DNA of 63,957 bases, filler included, from Choristocarpus tenellus KU-1152 (taxonomy: Eukaryota; Protista; Phaeophyceae), in NCBI GenBank assembly GCA_964200185.2. It is 11 parts of 11 records of this genome, joined end to end, with 100 filler letters (N's around TTAATTAATTAA, not from the genome) between each part and the next. Parts side by side here need not be neighbours in the genome. Positions count along the whole stretch, not along the records: positions 48,981 to 53,443 come from CAXNAD020014430.1; positions 53,544 to 58,328 come from CAXNAD020013066.1; positions 58,429 to 61,351 come from CAXNAD020023625.1; positions 61,452 to 63,957 come from CAXNAD020027236.1; 7 more parts are not named here. One strand, 5' to 3'. The notes below the pieces were generated by a model. It had not been told where the DNA came from and did no database searches. It saw only the letters and a list, made by a program, of their open reading frames with translations. Position 1 is the first letter of the stretch. Each line of letters starts with the position of its first letter. Shown one piece after another: positions 51,648 through 63,957 of this stretch. The translations under genes and the position numbers were made by a program.

Positions 51648-54600
51648 CTTGACAGGAACCAAGAAATCAGTCAAAGGTATGATGAGAACAACCACAGCAA
51701 TGGCTACCAGGCACAACAAAGTCAGGGATTGTCAGGGATGGTCAGGTGAAAGGGAATAGATGAAACAGGGGCAATAAAACAGGGGCAAGAGTAATGAAGG
51801 TGGATGTGGAGCTTTGTATCAGTCTACTTATAGGAGGTGGTGCAGTCATCTTTACAAATTAGTAAAGAGAGAAAGAAAAAAAATCAAAGAGCACCCACCG
51901 CATTCGAACCCTAATGAATTAACCATAAGCTAAACATAACAACGCCTGCACAATTTATGTCAAATTAGAACAGTACGATACAGGCACATGGTTTATCAGT
52001 AGCCACTGTAAAAAAAAAAGTAGTACAACCTGACAGCAGGAATATTGTAGGGACCCTGATGACAGCTGAAAAAATTGATACATAAATTTTAAATTGACAT
52101 GTAATACGTAGGGGGGGGGCCAAGTAAATTGTAAATATTTAGCCTATCACTATGCTTCACAGGAGGCAACTCCAAAAAAGTAGGAACAGAAAAATTTGGA
52201 AGACCCATGGCGTCCTAGAGGGGAGTCAGGTTTCCATTCAGGGTCTGTGTGGACTCGTAGTGATTTTGATGTTATCTGAGTGAATGCGTCAGATGTAATA
52301 GCAGTTTCCGTAGTGATTTTGATGCTATCTGAGTGGAAAGTATCAGATGCAATAGCAGTTTCCTATATCTGAACAAACCTTTCCTCTCCAATCCCCTGCC
52401 CCGAACCAATTCTGAAGTAAAATCACACCCAACACATTCATCATACTGTGATGTCAAATGTACAACACCCCATCAAGCGCCAAATGGACAACATGCCCTA
52501 AACACCCCCCCCCCCCCCTCTAAAGATACTATGGGTCGAAGGGCATGCTGAAGGTGTGACAGAGTGTAGTGACATAGTACCACAATGAAATGTTGATGAT
52601 CACCTTTAAACTTGTTGTATTCCATGCACAATGACATGTTGATCTGCACACCATTATTACATGCCCAAAGATCAAAAGATAGACGGTGAATGATCTATCA
52701 TAATAAAAAATAAATAAGTGGTAGTGGTAAACAAAACAAAAAAAATCTCAAATCTACTCAGAACTAACACGCTCAAAGGCCCTGTAGCAAATCCTTTTAA
52801 AACCTGAGATGAACACTGGAGGGAGCAGCCGATCCATCTTCAGGACAAGGCCAACCCTAACCCTGAACCTGAACCTGACCCTGACCCTCAACCAAGCCCA
52901 ACCCAAACTCAAACCCCAACAGTCAGTCCTCCGCAGCTGTAGCACATCCCCTTTTGTTTCCCTTGTCCTCCCTGCCGCTACCAACAACTAACTGCTACCT
53001 GGATATCCTGGATCTAGAGTGATGTATCCTAGAAGGGGGTAGGTTGTAGCCTACTTCAATCAATCGAGGCATTTTCAAGCTTGTGCCCTAACCCCCATAT
53101 ATATGCCCAAAATGTATGTATGTATGTATGTATGTACAGTATAGTGTATTATGTTCTGTTTGGTTTGCTGCAGTTGCGGCAAATGAGACGACCTTCTGCA
53201 CACATGTATACCATACATTGTCATGGGTTCAAGAGTGAAGGGATGTACCAGTAGTTGAAAAAGTAAAAATAACGCTCTCCCACAGATACCTATTGTTCAA
53301 CCATACCTCCTAGTATACTTCCACTCTTCCAGACACACCATTTGTTTCTGAATCCCCTAAACCCCGGCCAAACACCCTACCCCCCCCTCCCCCCCCCCAA
53401 AAAAAAATAAAAAAATAAAGCAAACCAATACACACGTGCACGCNNNNNNNNNNNNNNNNNNNNNNNNNNNNNNNNNNNNNNNNNNNNTTAATTAATTAAN
53501 NNNNNNNNNNNNNNNNNNNNNNNNNNNNNNNNNNNNNNNNNNNGGTTGTGGGTTGTGGGGGGGGTGTGTTTTGTTTTGGTTGGGGGGGGGTGGTCAGTGC
53601 TTCATCTTAATTTTTTGAAGTAATCTGTAATATTGAAATTCTTGGAGGGTTGAGATTTTTTGTGTGAAAGAGCCATTTTAAAACTACCTGGCTGCCTTGA
53701 AGTATATATTTTTCATTCTTTTGTAGTAAGGAGGTGTATTCTTAAAAAATCACAGGTTACGACAGCAGCAGAAGGGCGAACTTGTGCTGGGCTTCTGAGG
53801 GTCATTGATGTCAATGGATGGTTTGATGTCAATGGATAGTTTAATAGTAATAATATCAGGGATTGGTTTCGATGTTATTGTATGTTATTGATGTTTGTGC
53901 ATATATTGTATGCTGAAGAGTACGAGCAGAGAGGTATATATAATGTAATATAGATTGTATGCTGTGATTAACGATATATAGTAATGCTATGGGTTATACC
54001 GATGTTGGTGTATGGGGTATACATTTTTCTAATTTTGGTGTATGGGGTATCTATTATTCTAGTGTTGGTATGTGGGGTATACATTATACTGATGTTGATA
54101 TCTTTTTACTTCCATACTGTGTTGATGATGGTGAGTAATGAGTGATGGAAGCCTTGTTTTACTTATGTTCTAGTTATTTCAAATCTTGATGGTTATTGAC
54201 AAGGTTACGTGTTTATCGTGATGGTTACTGACATGACAGGTGCACAACAAAAATAACAGAAATGTATTATTGTGTTGTATATGTTGCGTATACGGGTTGG
54301 TGTTAATTAACTGTTAATTGACTGTTATTTTGATGTTAATGATAGAATTGACTGTTGGAAGTGCTGGTTGTTGCTGAGAATATATATATATATATATATA
54401 TTTACTCCAGTTTATTTTATACATTTGTTAGATTTTTTTTGGTGTTCAAAATGTTACAATAAAAGTAACATTTTTTTTTAACCTCTTCGTAATGTTAAAA
54501 AAAAAATACTTTGTGATAATTTCATACATTTATATTATTTATTATTTATATTAACTTTTTGACTTTTTGACTCTTTTATTTATTTGTTTTCCGTTGTTAT

Positions 54601-54650
54601 GTTGTTATGGTGATTGAATCGGTTCTCTTGAACACCAACCTCTTTTCAAG

Positions 54651-57505
54651 GTCATCGAGTGCAACCTCAGGGCCTCCCGTACCTTCCCCTTCATCTCCAA
54701 GACCCTTAACTCCAACTTTGTCACCTTAGCTACTCGGGTGATGCTGGGGGTCAATGCCAAGCCCTTCAACATCTCATTGCTTGATATAGACTACGTGGCT
54801 GTGAAGGTGACCCTTTTAAATATTATTATTTTATTTTATTATTGCTCTTATCGTTATGCATTTTATTATTATTATATTTATTAATAATATTATTGTTATA
54901 TTGGGGTGGGGGGGGGGAGGGTATAAAGTAAAACCTTTTGTTTTTTTTGAGATCGGGAGTGTATATTTTTATTTTTAGTTTTTCTTAATTATTTTGGTGT
55001 TCGGGTTAGGGTTAGGGTAGGGTCCTTGCTGATATTTTATTTTTAGGGTTAGTGTTAGGGATAATGTGCTTATTGATCTCTTTTTTAGGTTTGGGGTTAG
55101 GGTTAGGGTGTGCAGTGATATTCTTATTTTTTGAGAAAACATGCACTGTTTTTTATGTTTATGAGGTTGGGTACATTAGGTGTACACCTCAATACGGACC
55201 AAGTACTTCAACTTCATGCCAGCATGTGGTGAAAAGAGTTGTTCAATCCTGATTTGTCTCCTGAAATGTTCTTTATAGTGTTGTAGTTGATCATCAATGT
55301 TGAAGGGTTTTTTGTCTTGTTATTCATATATATTTTTTTACTGTTCAACTGATATTTTGATTCTTTGTGATGTTGAAGTATGTGTAACCCATGTCACAGG
55401 TTTTCTCTGTGAGGTGCTTGCTGTTGGATTTTTTTAACATATTTTGCTGGTAACATTAATATATGTATTTTTCACCTGTTACAGACTTTCTGTACCCTAT
55501 CAATTGGTGTACCCTAATTTGACAATGGTTTGCTACTACTTTCTGAGTTGTGCATTGTTTGTATTTACATTGTGTTGAGAATAAAAAACAAAAACACCTT
55601 CAGGTGCTCTCTGTATGTATTGATAGTGCGTACAGTGTACAAGTAAATATATATTTTTTGGGTTTTCTGTTTTCAAAAAATGCCTTCCATGTTGTATGAC
55701 TTCCCAATAACCACACCTTCAGTTTGTGGCAGATTGCTGATTTTCCCCCCAAGGAGTAGAACATTTTTGTCAACTATGGGGGGGTGGATATGTTGGTATG
55801 ACAGTACATCCCTAACCTTTATGGTGGTCCAGTAGTCTGTCTCTATCACAGTTGCTGTACCACCTGCTCACTCACTCAATTCATCTAAACTATCTATCAT
55901 GCACTTGTTAAGATGTCCCTACTGTATAGTATACCTTACCTCTCCTCCCTCCTCCCCCCTCTAAAAAAAAACAGAATGAAAAGTAATGAGCTTGCTTTTG
56001 TTTTTTTTGAAAATTAGTTTTGTTGAGCTATTTGTTGAAACGTTCTGGCTTACTTTAGTTATTTGTTGAAAAAATACCTATCTTATAACAAATAACCTAT
56101 TTTATTTGCTGTTCCTTGTGGTTCATTCGTGACCCCTCCCTCCCTCCCTCCTCTGCCTTTGTGTGTGTCTGTCTGCCTGTATGTCTATCTGTCTGTGTGT
56201 GTGTGTTGATAGGCACCTATGTTTAGCTTTACCCGCCTTCGGGGTGCTGACCCTACACTGGGGGTGGAGATGGCATCTACAGGGTGAGGTTTTGGAGTAG
56301 AAGTGTTACTGGAATGTGATGGATAATGATAACGGTTGGAACGATTATTATTACATTTATTATAAGTAAATATCAATAATATCCAATATCAATATCAATA
56401 TCAATATCAATATCAATATCAATATCAATATCAATATCAATATCAATATCAACATCCACGGGATTGATTCGGGACGAGTGCCGTCTAGTGGGGTGATAGC
56501 GCAGGACTCTTGATGTTTAGGGTTAGGGTTAGGGTTAGGGTGATAATGGTAAGGCTTGGTATGTAGGCACCATGCCGGATTGACTTGAAAGTGTTTTTTC
56601 AAGAGTCGGACTTGTTTTCTGTGACTTTGTATCATTATTCAAGTCTTTGTATCAATAATGATACTTGATGATAATGGTTCTGTGTGACTTTTGTATGGTG
56701 GAGTAGTGATACTTGATGATACAGGTAGTTTTGGGGGGAGGGGGGGGTATGATCGCAGTTTGATGTAAACAGGAATTCAAAGATCGGAATAGTTTTTTGA
56801 TTGACGGCTGTGATCGATCGATCGGGCGGTGAGGGGTACTGCTGTATTTGATTTTTTTGATCTCACCGACAGGCTTAAAAAAAAAAATTAACTTTGTTTT
56901 TGTAATAGGTGTGGAAGTTTATCTGTTGTAGGGAACACTGCACATGGCCATTTCAAAATTATTATTTATTAATTTTTTAATTTTTATAAAAAAAAATAAT
57001 TTGGTATGAAGTTATCTTTTGTGGTAGTGGGCTAGAGGACACTCCGGTGGTAGTTAGAGTAATTCGATGAGGACACTACACAAGGACTGAGAGTTGATGC
57101 AGTGTGTATCTAACAATACACCTTGATGAGTGATGCTTGATGAGGACATAGTCAAATTCGATTCAAACACATGTTCTTGAGTGTGTATATAATAATACAC
57201 TCGTACCTTTTATTGACTGTGTACCTTATACGGTATACCTTACAATGGTGTTTTCAGGTGTACCTTATACAGTGTACCTTACATTGACTGTGTACCTTAT
57301 ACGGTGTACCTTACAATGGTGTTTTCATGTGTACCTTATATTGACTGTGTACCTTATACGGTGTACCTTACAATGGTGTTTTCATGTGAACTTGTCACTT
57401 GTGGTTTTTGCAACTTTCAGGGAGGTTGGGTGCTTTGGCAGAGACTCATATGAGGCATTCCTGCAAGCCCTTCAAGCAACGGGATTCAAAATGCCTTCCA
57501 AGGAG
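54651..57505 (+). CDS. Carbamoyl-phosphate synthetase (synthetase domain, second ATP-grasp C-terminal part), three internal exons (54651-54806, 56213-56283, 57421-57505)
   Basis: [33 protein letters not shown]...DYVAVK|[24 protein letters not shown]|[25 protein letters not shown] contains the CPS signatures IECNLRASR and EM.STGEV. Splice phases are compatible. The ORF track mostly missed it. Confidence 0.93.
56370..56452. repeat. (AATATC)n microsatellite
   Basis: Direct reading; source of the spurious poly-IL ORF. Confidence 0.95.
57203..57388. repeat. Minisatellite, about 57-70 bp unit, three copies
   Basis: attgactgtgtaccttatacggt.taccttacaatggtgttttca occurs three times just upstream of a CPS exon. 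Confidence 0.85.
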
Positions 57506-58264
57506 GTACAAATATGTGTGTGTGTGTGCATATACCATATGTGTGTAATGAATAACTTTGGTAAAAGAGTTTGTATTATTGGTAAAGTGTACAGGTCTGA
57601 ATGGATTGTCTCATAACACTTTAATACATTTTTTTCTTTGTACATGTAACGCCTTCCACACTGCATATAAACACCACTAATTGTACTAATTAGTTAGTGA
57701 TGGTGATGGTGATGTTGATGTTGATGTTGAATAGAGAGGTGAAATTGGCCAGCCCATTCATTCAATGCTATTTTTGCAGATAGCTAGGTATTTTCCTGGT
57801 AACTTCTTACAGTAACTCCAAAAAATTATTAGGGGAGAGAGGAGAACAGTTAGAACAGGGGGTAGAGGAATGTGTCTCAAACTATTATATTAATTTAAAG
57901 CTTATGTATGTTTATGTATGTTTGACTTGATTCAATTAATTATCATCGGGTTACTTGAATGAGAGTAACTTGAATTAGAGTAACTTGAATGAGAGTCTTT
58001 GAATTAGCACATCAAGAGGCAAGCCCTACAAGTGACAGAAAATTTTTGTAGTAGAGTGCACGGGGTTTTTTTATGTTCTTTTGATGGTGATACAATGTAA
58101 TGTATGTAATGTATATAATGACAGACCAATTTGACAATTCTTCTTTTGATTAGAATTCTTCTTTTGATTAGATGTGTGGGGATTGAGTTTGTATGATTGG
58201 TGTACCTAGACCTAGACCTAGACCTAGACCTTTTGACAGTTTGTACTTGTAATATACGCCATTG

Positions 58265-58289
58265 GGGTTAGGGTTAGGGTTAGGGTTAG
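58265..58289 (+). repeat. Interstitial (TTAGGG)n telomere-like tract; others near 35145, 55003-55110, 56516-56540, 63750-63790
   Basis: gggttagggttagggttagggttag. Confidence 0.8.
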
Positions 58290-58428
58290 CGCACACCACA
58301 TCTCTTCTTTGTTCTCCCCCCCCCTCCCNNNNNNNNNNNNNNNNNNNNNNNNNNNNNNNNNNNNNNNNNNNNTTAATTAATTAANNNNNNNNNNNNNNNN
58401 NNNNNNNNNNNNNNNNNNNNNNNNNNNN

Positions 58429-58567
58429 GTGTCCATTTGGACCAAAATCAGGAAATATGCATTTACAGTATCCATCCGACATATGCAACCAAATCACCCA
58501 AAAATCGCGACATGTAAAAATTGACCCCAAATGGACAGCCTCCACCCCCTCCCAGATACTTTGAGCC
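58429..58567 (-). mobile_element. MITE family A, truncated by contig start, in an LRR gene intron
   Basis: Reverse-complement match to the copies at 5422 and 45220; ends cccagatactttgagcc. Confidence 0.85.
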
Positions 58568-58577
58568 AAACCCTCAC

Positions 58578-61249
58578 CTCAGTGAGAGAATCAGGAAGTT
58601 CAAGGAGGTTATTGTTGGATATGCACAGCTGCTGGAGTGATTTCTTGAGGTGAGGAAGGAACACATCATGTTCAAGGGTCTCAAGACAATTGTATGCCAC
58701 CTTTATGACCCGCAGCTGAAGCCTACCAAATCCTTCAGGAAGGTGGGTCAGCATGTTTCCAGTCATGTCAAGGACCTGTAGCCAATCCAAGCATGGCAGG
58801 TATCATCAACCATCAAGAGTGAGTCTGATGTTGGAGGGTGGGTCTCTTTGTGGGGGTAGGCGGGGCAGGGGTGATATAGATGTGATAAAATTAGGCAATA
58901 TGCGGTGGCCTACCTGCAGTGCGCAAGAGTTACAAAATGTGACCCAATCAAGAAACGTAACTTGGGGAAGGATATCAAGAACATGCGCCACAACTTAGGG
59001 GGGTCATGTTGGCATGAAAAACAAGGTTATGGACTCCAAGCATGGTCCATATATGTCTCATGGGATTTTCGTGGTATTGAAATGCTACGACTACACACAT
59101 ACTAGAGAGGTGGTGGCTCCCTGCGAACATTGCACAGTCAGTTCCAGCACAGAAATGCATTGACATCTCGTTCTACCAACCACCCACTAAGGGAGATACA
59201 GCATGTATCTACTCAATTACCTCTCCTCAAGAAACATGCAACACGGCAATGACTGATTTATGGAAATAAATTTCATGCCAACGGTTTTTCCTGGTATGAA
59301 CCCGAGGGCTTCAAACTCATCAACTATGCTTTCTAAGTGATTCCCACAACATGTTAGCTTCTTAGGGCACCACAGTATAGATAGCCTCACTTGGAGCTTC
59401 TCAAGAGACGTTATGCCATCAGGTAGGCGGTAGATATGGTTGGAGCTAAGTGTTAGGATCTCCAATCGGTGGAGTTTAGAAAGGTGGTCGGGTAGAAACT
59501 CCAAGCGATTACCTATTAGAATATCATCGTGCGTGCAAGGGTTACGACATTGGAGCTAGAGCATCAGAGATGTTGGGGGTTGAATGGGAACAAGGATGGG
59601 TGAACCTTCAATGGAAACCAAAACATTGCTGTTGTCCCCACAGCCAATTAAGTGCCAGAGGTAAGAGTATCAGGAGCATGGTCAAGACTCCTCAAGATCG
59701 ATTAGTAGAAATTAAATGGCTTATTAGTGGTGCTTTGGGGACTCCATGACTTTTTAGCACATTAAGGTGATGAAAACGCATTTTGAGCATGTTCAATGTC
59801 ACAACCCTACTTTGTTTATGAACTATGCATGGAATATCTTGATGTGACTAGCATTTGTTTTGGTACATGCAAAATTTACGGGGAATTGCAGTATACTCAC
59901 TTGTTACCAATAGATAACATTACAAATCAATCACAAATATAGGTCTCATTGTTCTCACCATCCATCTCTAGCCTCCTAAGTCGCTTGAGAGCACCAATGC
60001 CCTCTGGGTAATCTTGGAGTCTATTCTTCCTAATGTTAAGTACCTGATAGGAAGAATTGTGTAGTGGGTGCAGCTATGATGAGTCTGGTATCGTTCTGGC
60101 AAGGTTTGAGTGCTCTTCTTGGGTCAAAGTATCTGGGGGGTGGGGGGTGGTTTGTGAGGGGGCATCCGTTCGGTCAAACAACTCTTTTTTTGCTGACATT
60201 TCAAATCCGACACGTGTGACCAAATCACAATAAAAAAGTGAAAATCGAAAAAAGGGTAAAAACGGACGCTGACACCCCCCCCCCAGATACTTTGAGCCTC
60301 TTCCCTCTTTGGTGAGGTCCAGGGGGAGGAAAAGACAACTACAAACAGGACTCCTGGGTATATGCTTTCCGGAGGAAAAGGTCAAGAATTCCTTCAAGTA
60401 AAACAAGGACAGAGGTAGGGATATGTCTACCATCCAGCACACAAAACTTCATTGCTAAGCTGTCCTTGCACAATATATATTTGGGGAGTTTATCGTACAG
60501 AAATATTTAGAAGTGATTAGGCACAGACTCACCTTTAGACCTCTCCTACACCTGAGATTTGTTAATTGAAATGTGATAACACAGCAACAGCTCCATGAAT
60601 TTGTACATACTGTTGGCACTTACTCTGGTCACTGCAGAGTGCCCACATACATATGAGACCCAAACCATTTCAGACGGTAGGGCTGCGTCCGTTCGGGGTC
60701 AAAAATCCGATGTTACGCTTTTGATATAATTTTGGCTATCGTGTTTGTTAACAAGTGTCAATACCCTTGCTCCTGGGACACCTTTCATAGCCATACGCAT
60801 TTTACCTACTTCGAAACCTTTCGAAAACCGAAAAATGGTATAAAAACCTGTGGGAAGCCAAGCCCTGAACGGACAAGCAGGGCAAAATTCCTACCCTTTT
60901 TAATACTTTGACTCTGAGGAACAAAAGTTGCACCCTTGTAGTGCCCCCAAATCTTGCAGGAAATTTGCAATACTTGTACTGAAATTGGTCCCCCCTCTTG
61001 CTAGGGCCATGATTCCTGACAACCTCTTACAAATTGAAGACTCTCTTTGAGGGGCATGTTTCCAATATTTTATCTACCTTTGTACATAGAGTTCCGCTTA
61101 CCTGAAGGTTATTGAGTCTTGTGAAAGAGTCAGGGATGCTTACAATGAGATTGGTATCAAGGTAAAGCTCTCGGAGGGAACCCAGCTCAGCCACAGAGGT
61201 ATGCAACTCTTGCAGTTTACAGCTCTTGAGCGACAGGACCAGGAGGTGT
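58578..61249 (-). CDS. Leucine-rich repeat protein, internal exons 61102-61249, 59959-60043, 59391-59512, 58578-58775
   Basis: Successive LxxLxLxxNxLxxLPxxI repeats (LRELYLDTNLIVSIPDSF; LQVLNIRKNRLQDYPEGI; LRRLEMDGNRLEFLPDHL; LEILTLSSNHIYRLPDGI; LQVLDMTGNMLTHLPEGF), joined by phase-compatible GT-AG introns. Confidence 0.9.
60121..60298 (+). mobile_element. MITE family A variant (same TIRs, different interior), TCTT target-site duplication
   Basis: tctt|gggtcaaagtatctgggggg ... ccccccagatactttgagcc|tctt. Confidence 0.8.
60657..60914 (+). mobile_element. MITE family B, diverged copy in an LRR gene intron
   Basis: Collinear with 33404-33659 (aatcc.atgttacg.ttttgat.taattttggctat.gtgtttgtta ... 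cagggcaaaa.t...taccct....atacttt.actc). Confidence 0.8.
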
Positions 61250-61305
61250 CTAAAGGACACCTTCCATTCGAAGGAGGAAGCCCCAAAAAACCCCAACCCA
61301 CACCA

Positions 61306-61351
<46 letters not shown>

Positions 61352-63412
61352 NNNNNNNNNNNNNNNNNNNNNNNNNNNNNNNNNNNNNNNNNNNNTTAAT
61401 TAATTAANNNNNNNNNNNNNNNNNNNNNNNNNNNNNNNNNNNNNNNNNNNNCATCTTGCAGAGGTTTCCCGCGGCACAAGGCATGGCTTCCACTTTATTC
61501 CCCTACCAGCAACGTACTGTACTGTTGCTGTATGGTAGCATGACTGAGGAAGAAAGGCACTTTTTGTGAAAATTTTACGCGCGTGCTAAACTCGCGTGAA
61601 TAGATCTGGGAAATTGTGCCAAATCGCCCGAATACGAGAATTCCGGTACAAACTCCCATTTTTTGAGTATATCGAAAAAAGCGGTACAAAATTGCATATT
61701 TTTCGATTTGGTTCATAATATCTGGCCCAACAATAGGGGTACCTATTGTATGCACAGATCCATCCTTGTAAAAATTACCGACTGGATAGACACAGAGACG
61801 CACTCATTACAATCAACTGTTATTATTTTGATAATAGCTAGAAATGTTCGTGGAAAAACCGCAACAGGTGTTCCATCCCACCCTGTTTTCACACAAGATT
61901 TTCAAATTGTGTTCCGAAATCGTGAAATGTCATTATATTTCGAAGTATGAATCACCAGCATTGTTTGCACTCCCTTCCCGTGCAGTTCTTCACAAAATCG
62001 ATTGCAATCCAACCTTCCTTTCCTTATCTCTTCCTTCTTGTCCCTTCCGTCCAAAGAAATTTTCGAACAATCCTTCCTTTTCTTCTATTCATCGAAAGAG
62101 TCGAAGTAAGGGAGAGAGGGTTTCATTTGAAGGATTCTGATATGTAGTGTTCAAGATTCGAATTTTTGTGTAGATGTGTGAGGCAAATTTTCTCAGTTCT
62201 GTCGAAATTTTTCAAACCACAGAGATATGAATTATCTCGAGTCAATTCTTGGTAGTTCAGGAATAGAAAGAAGGACGAATTTCGAAATGTTTCGAACCAT
62301 AAATATGTCAACGTTCTCAAGTCGGTCTTGACACTTCAACAATAATAGAAAAAAGGTTGAAAAAATAATGTGATAAAATGCAAAACGACCAAAACCTGGC
62401 TACCTCTACCTTTCATTGGCTCAAACACGATCACCAGAGTTTCTTCCCTCCTTGGATGGACCCTTCGGACAAATCTCGGGCCGGTGACATGCTTTACGTA
62501 AGAAAAATGTTCCTCAGGATCATTCATCCCACTCAATTCAAGTATTTCGATGTATGGTATGTATACGTACGGTCTTGGAGTGGTGACATCTCTTCGATGA
62601 CAAACCCTTCTTCAGGACTGTTTGCCTCTAAATTGATCTTCCCCCCCCTTTTCCACACACGAAGTGACACCACAATTCAGCAAAGTCTCTTTCTGTAATT
62701 GTAGAAAAAATGGCGTATTTGTATCCTTTCTCGGGATCCTTAAAGTGCAACCCCGCCTACGTCTCAGTTGGTTTGACTCGGATGATGACCTACGTTCATG
62801 GTGAGACTGGGATTATATTATCTCTTGCCCTCAGACCGCAGTGGATAACACTATATCCCCCGCCACTTGGGGCAGAATTGTACTGATTGATTATTGATTT
62901 TAATTTTTGAGGTATTGCTATCACACGTTATCGGGTAACAAAAAAGACAGAGATGCACATACATATATGTATATATGTACTTCAGAGTATATATATAAAA
63001 CAAAAAAATGGAAAATGGAAAAAAATAGACGTGCTATTATTGTATCTCTATACAATATTGAAAATTTATACACACAGCAGGCATTATTATTGAGAGGTTT
63101 GTGTGATATTGGCAGTATCGTACATGACCATGCAAGAAAGAGTTGAGGGTATACCTTCAATTGATCTTACCTTCAGTCATGAATAAGATAATCTCACACG
63201 CCTCGGTCAACCTCCAACTCTCTTCCAAGTAGTCTAATGAATGTGATCAGGGGCCACCCAAAGGGAACAAGCAAAAAGAAAAAATCCTCCAATTACGTCC
63301 CTGATTACGATCAGGTGTCTTGCCTAGCAGGCACAACATCGACAATACCCAGCCGGCAGCATATGTAGTAAGTTCATCTGCAACAAAAACAGAACAACCT
63401 GTTGCCTTCAGC

Positions 63413-63584
63413 TCACACCCCCTTCGACAGCACATCCCCTCTACTACAGCCCCCCTTGTTTTGGCTCTTGTCCCTGTAACCGATATTTTCCAAGGCCTTC
63501 GAGGCGTTTGCAGATATCTGCTCTTCCCCCATGCGCTTCAGCTTCACGAGGTGGGGCACACCTCCTGCATCTATCAAGGCCCGC
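63413..63584 (-). CDS. Probable terminal exon of an armadillo-repeat protein
   Basis: After a CAG acceptor the frame reads RALIDAGGVPHLVKLKRMGEEQISANASKALENIGY...KGV*, matching the ARM consensus (i.daGgvp.Lv.Ll.....v...Aa.AL.Ni). It is too short for the ORF track. Confidence 0.6.
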
Positions 63585-63903
63585 CTGCCAGGTTTCCACC
63601 AAATATTGTGGAAGAAGGCAGTCTCAGTGATTGGGGAAACAAGGGCTATACTATGTGTTTCACTTTGAACTACGATTATATACTTCAGGTTGTACTGCCT
63701 TAGAGGACTGCACTAGTAATAGAGTTACTGGCTCTCTCAAGGGACTCGAGGGTTAGAGTTAGGGATAAGGATAGAGTTAGAGTTAGGGTTAGCATGATCA
63801 AGGACATTTGAGGCAATCATTGACAGGGCCTGGGGTAGGAAGGACAAGAATGCAACCTAGGTGTGGTTATTATTACTAAGGGATGATATTTGCTGCCCTC
63901 CCT

Positions 63904-63957
63904 GAGTGAAACTATCTTAGAGGGTATGAATTTTTCCCTGTTTGTCCATTTGTGGGG
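63904..63957 (-). mobile_element. MITE family B, cut by window end
   Basis: gagtgaaactatcttagagggtatgaatttttccctgtttgtccattt matches the 43763 copy. Confidence 0.75.

Noticed and set aside
57203-57388. Possible CRISPR-like array
   Set aside because: Head-to-tail minisatellite without unique spacers, in a eukaryotic intron, with no cas genes.
58265-58289. True telomere
   Set aside because: Only four units, internal to intron-like sequence; similar short tracts occur in several introns.

Overview
This is eukaryotic, intron-rich genomic DNA, not prokaryotic. It consists of 11 unrelated short contigs joined by ten artificial 100-nt spacers (N44-TTAATTAATTAA-N44), so neighbourhood across spacers carries no meaning. 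Gene content, intron style and TTAGGG microsatellites suggest a stramenopile, most likely a brown alga; this is an inference. Genes reconstructed from spliced exons: a complete stand-alone MHYT membrane sensor (4183-7156,+), a >25 kb internal fragment of a VPS13-like lipid-transfer gene with a degenerate FYVE finger (-), a CHD6-9/Kismet-type chromatin remodeller fragment (-), a threonine dehydratase fragment (-), a carbamoyl-phosphate synthetase fragment (+), an LRR protein fragment (-) and an ARM-repeat terminal exon (-). There is also a decayed PIF/Harbinger transposon, and two related MITE families that share a CAAAGTATCT terminal core. The stand-out is an intron-containing class I hyaluronan-synthase-like gene (43083->45896,+). 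Its motifs closely resemble chlorovirus and vertebrate HAS, in a lineage where hyaluronan is not an established polymer.
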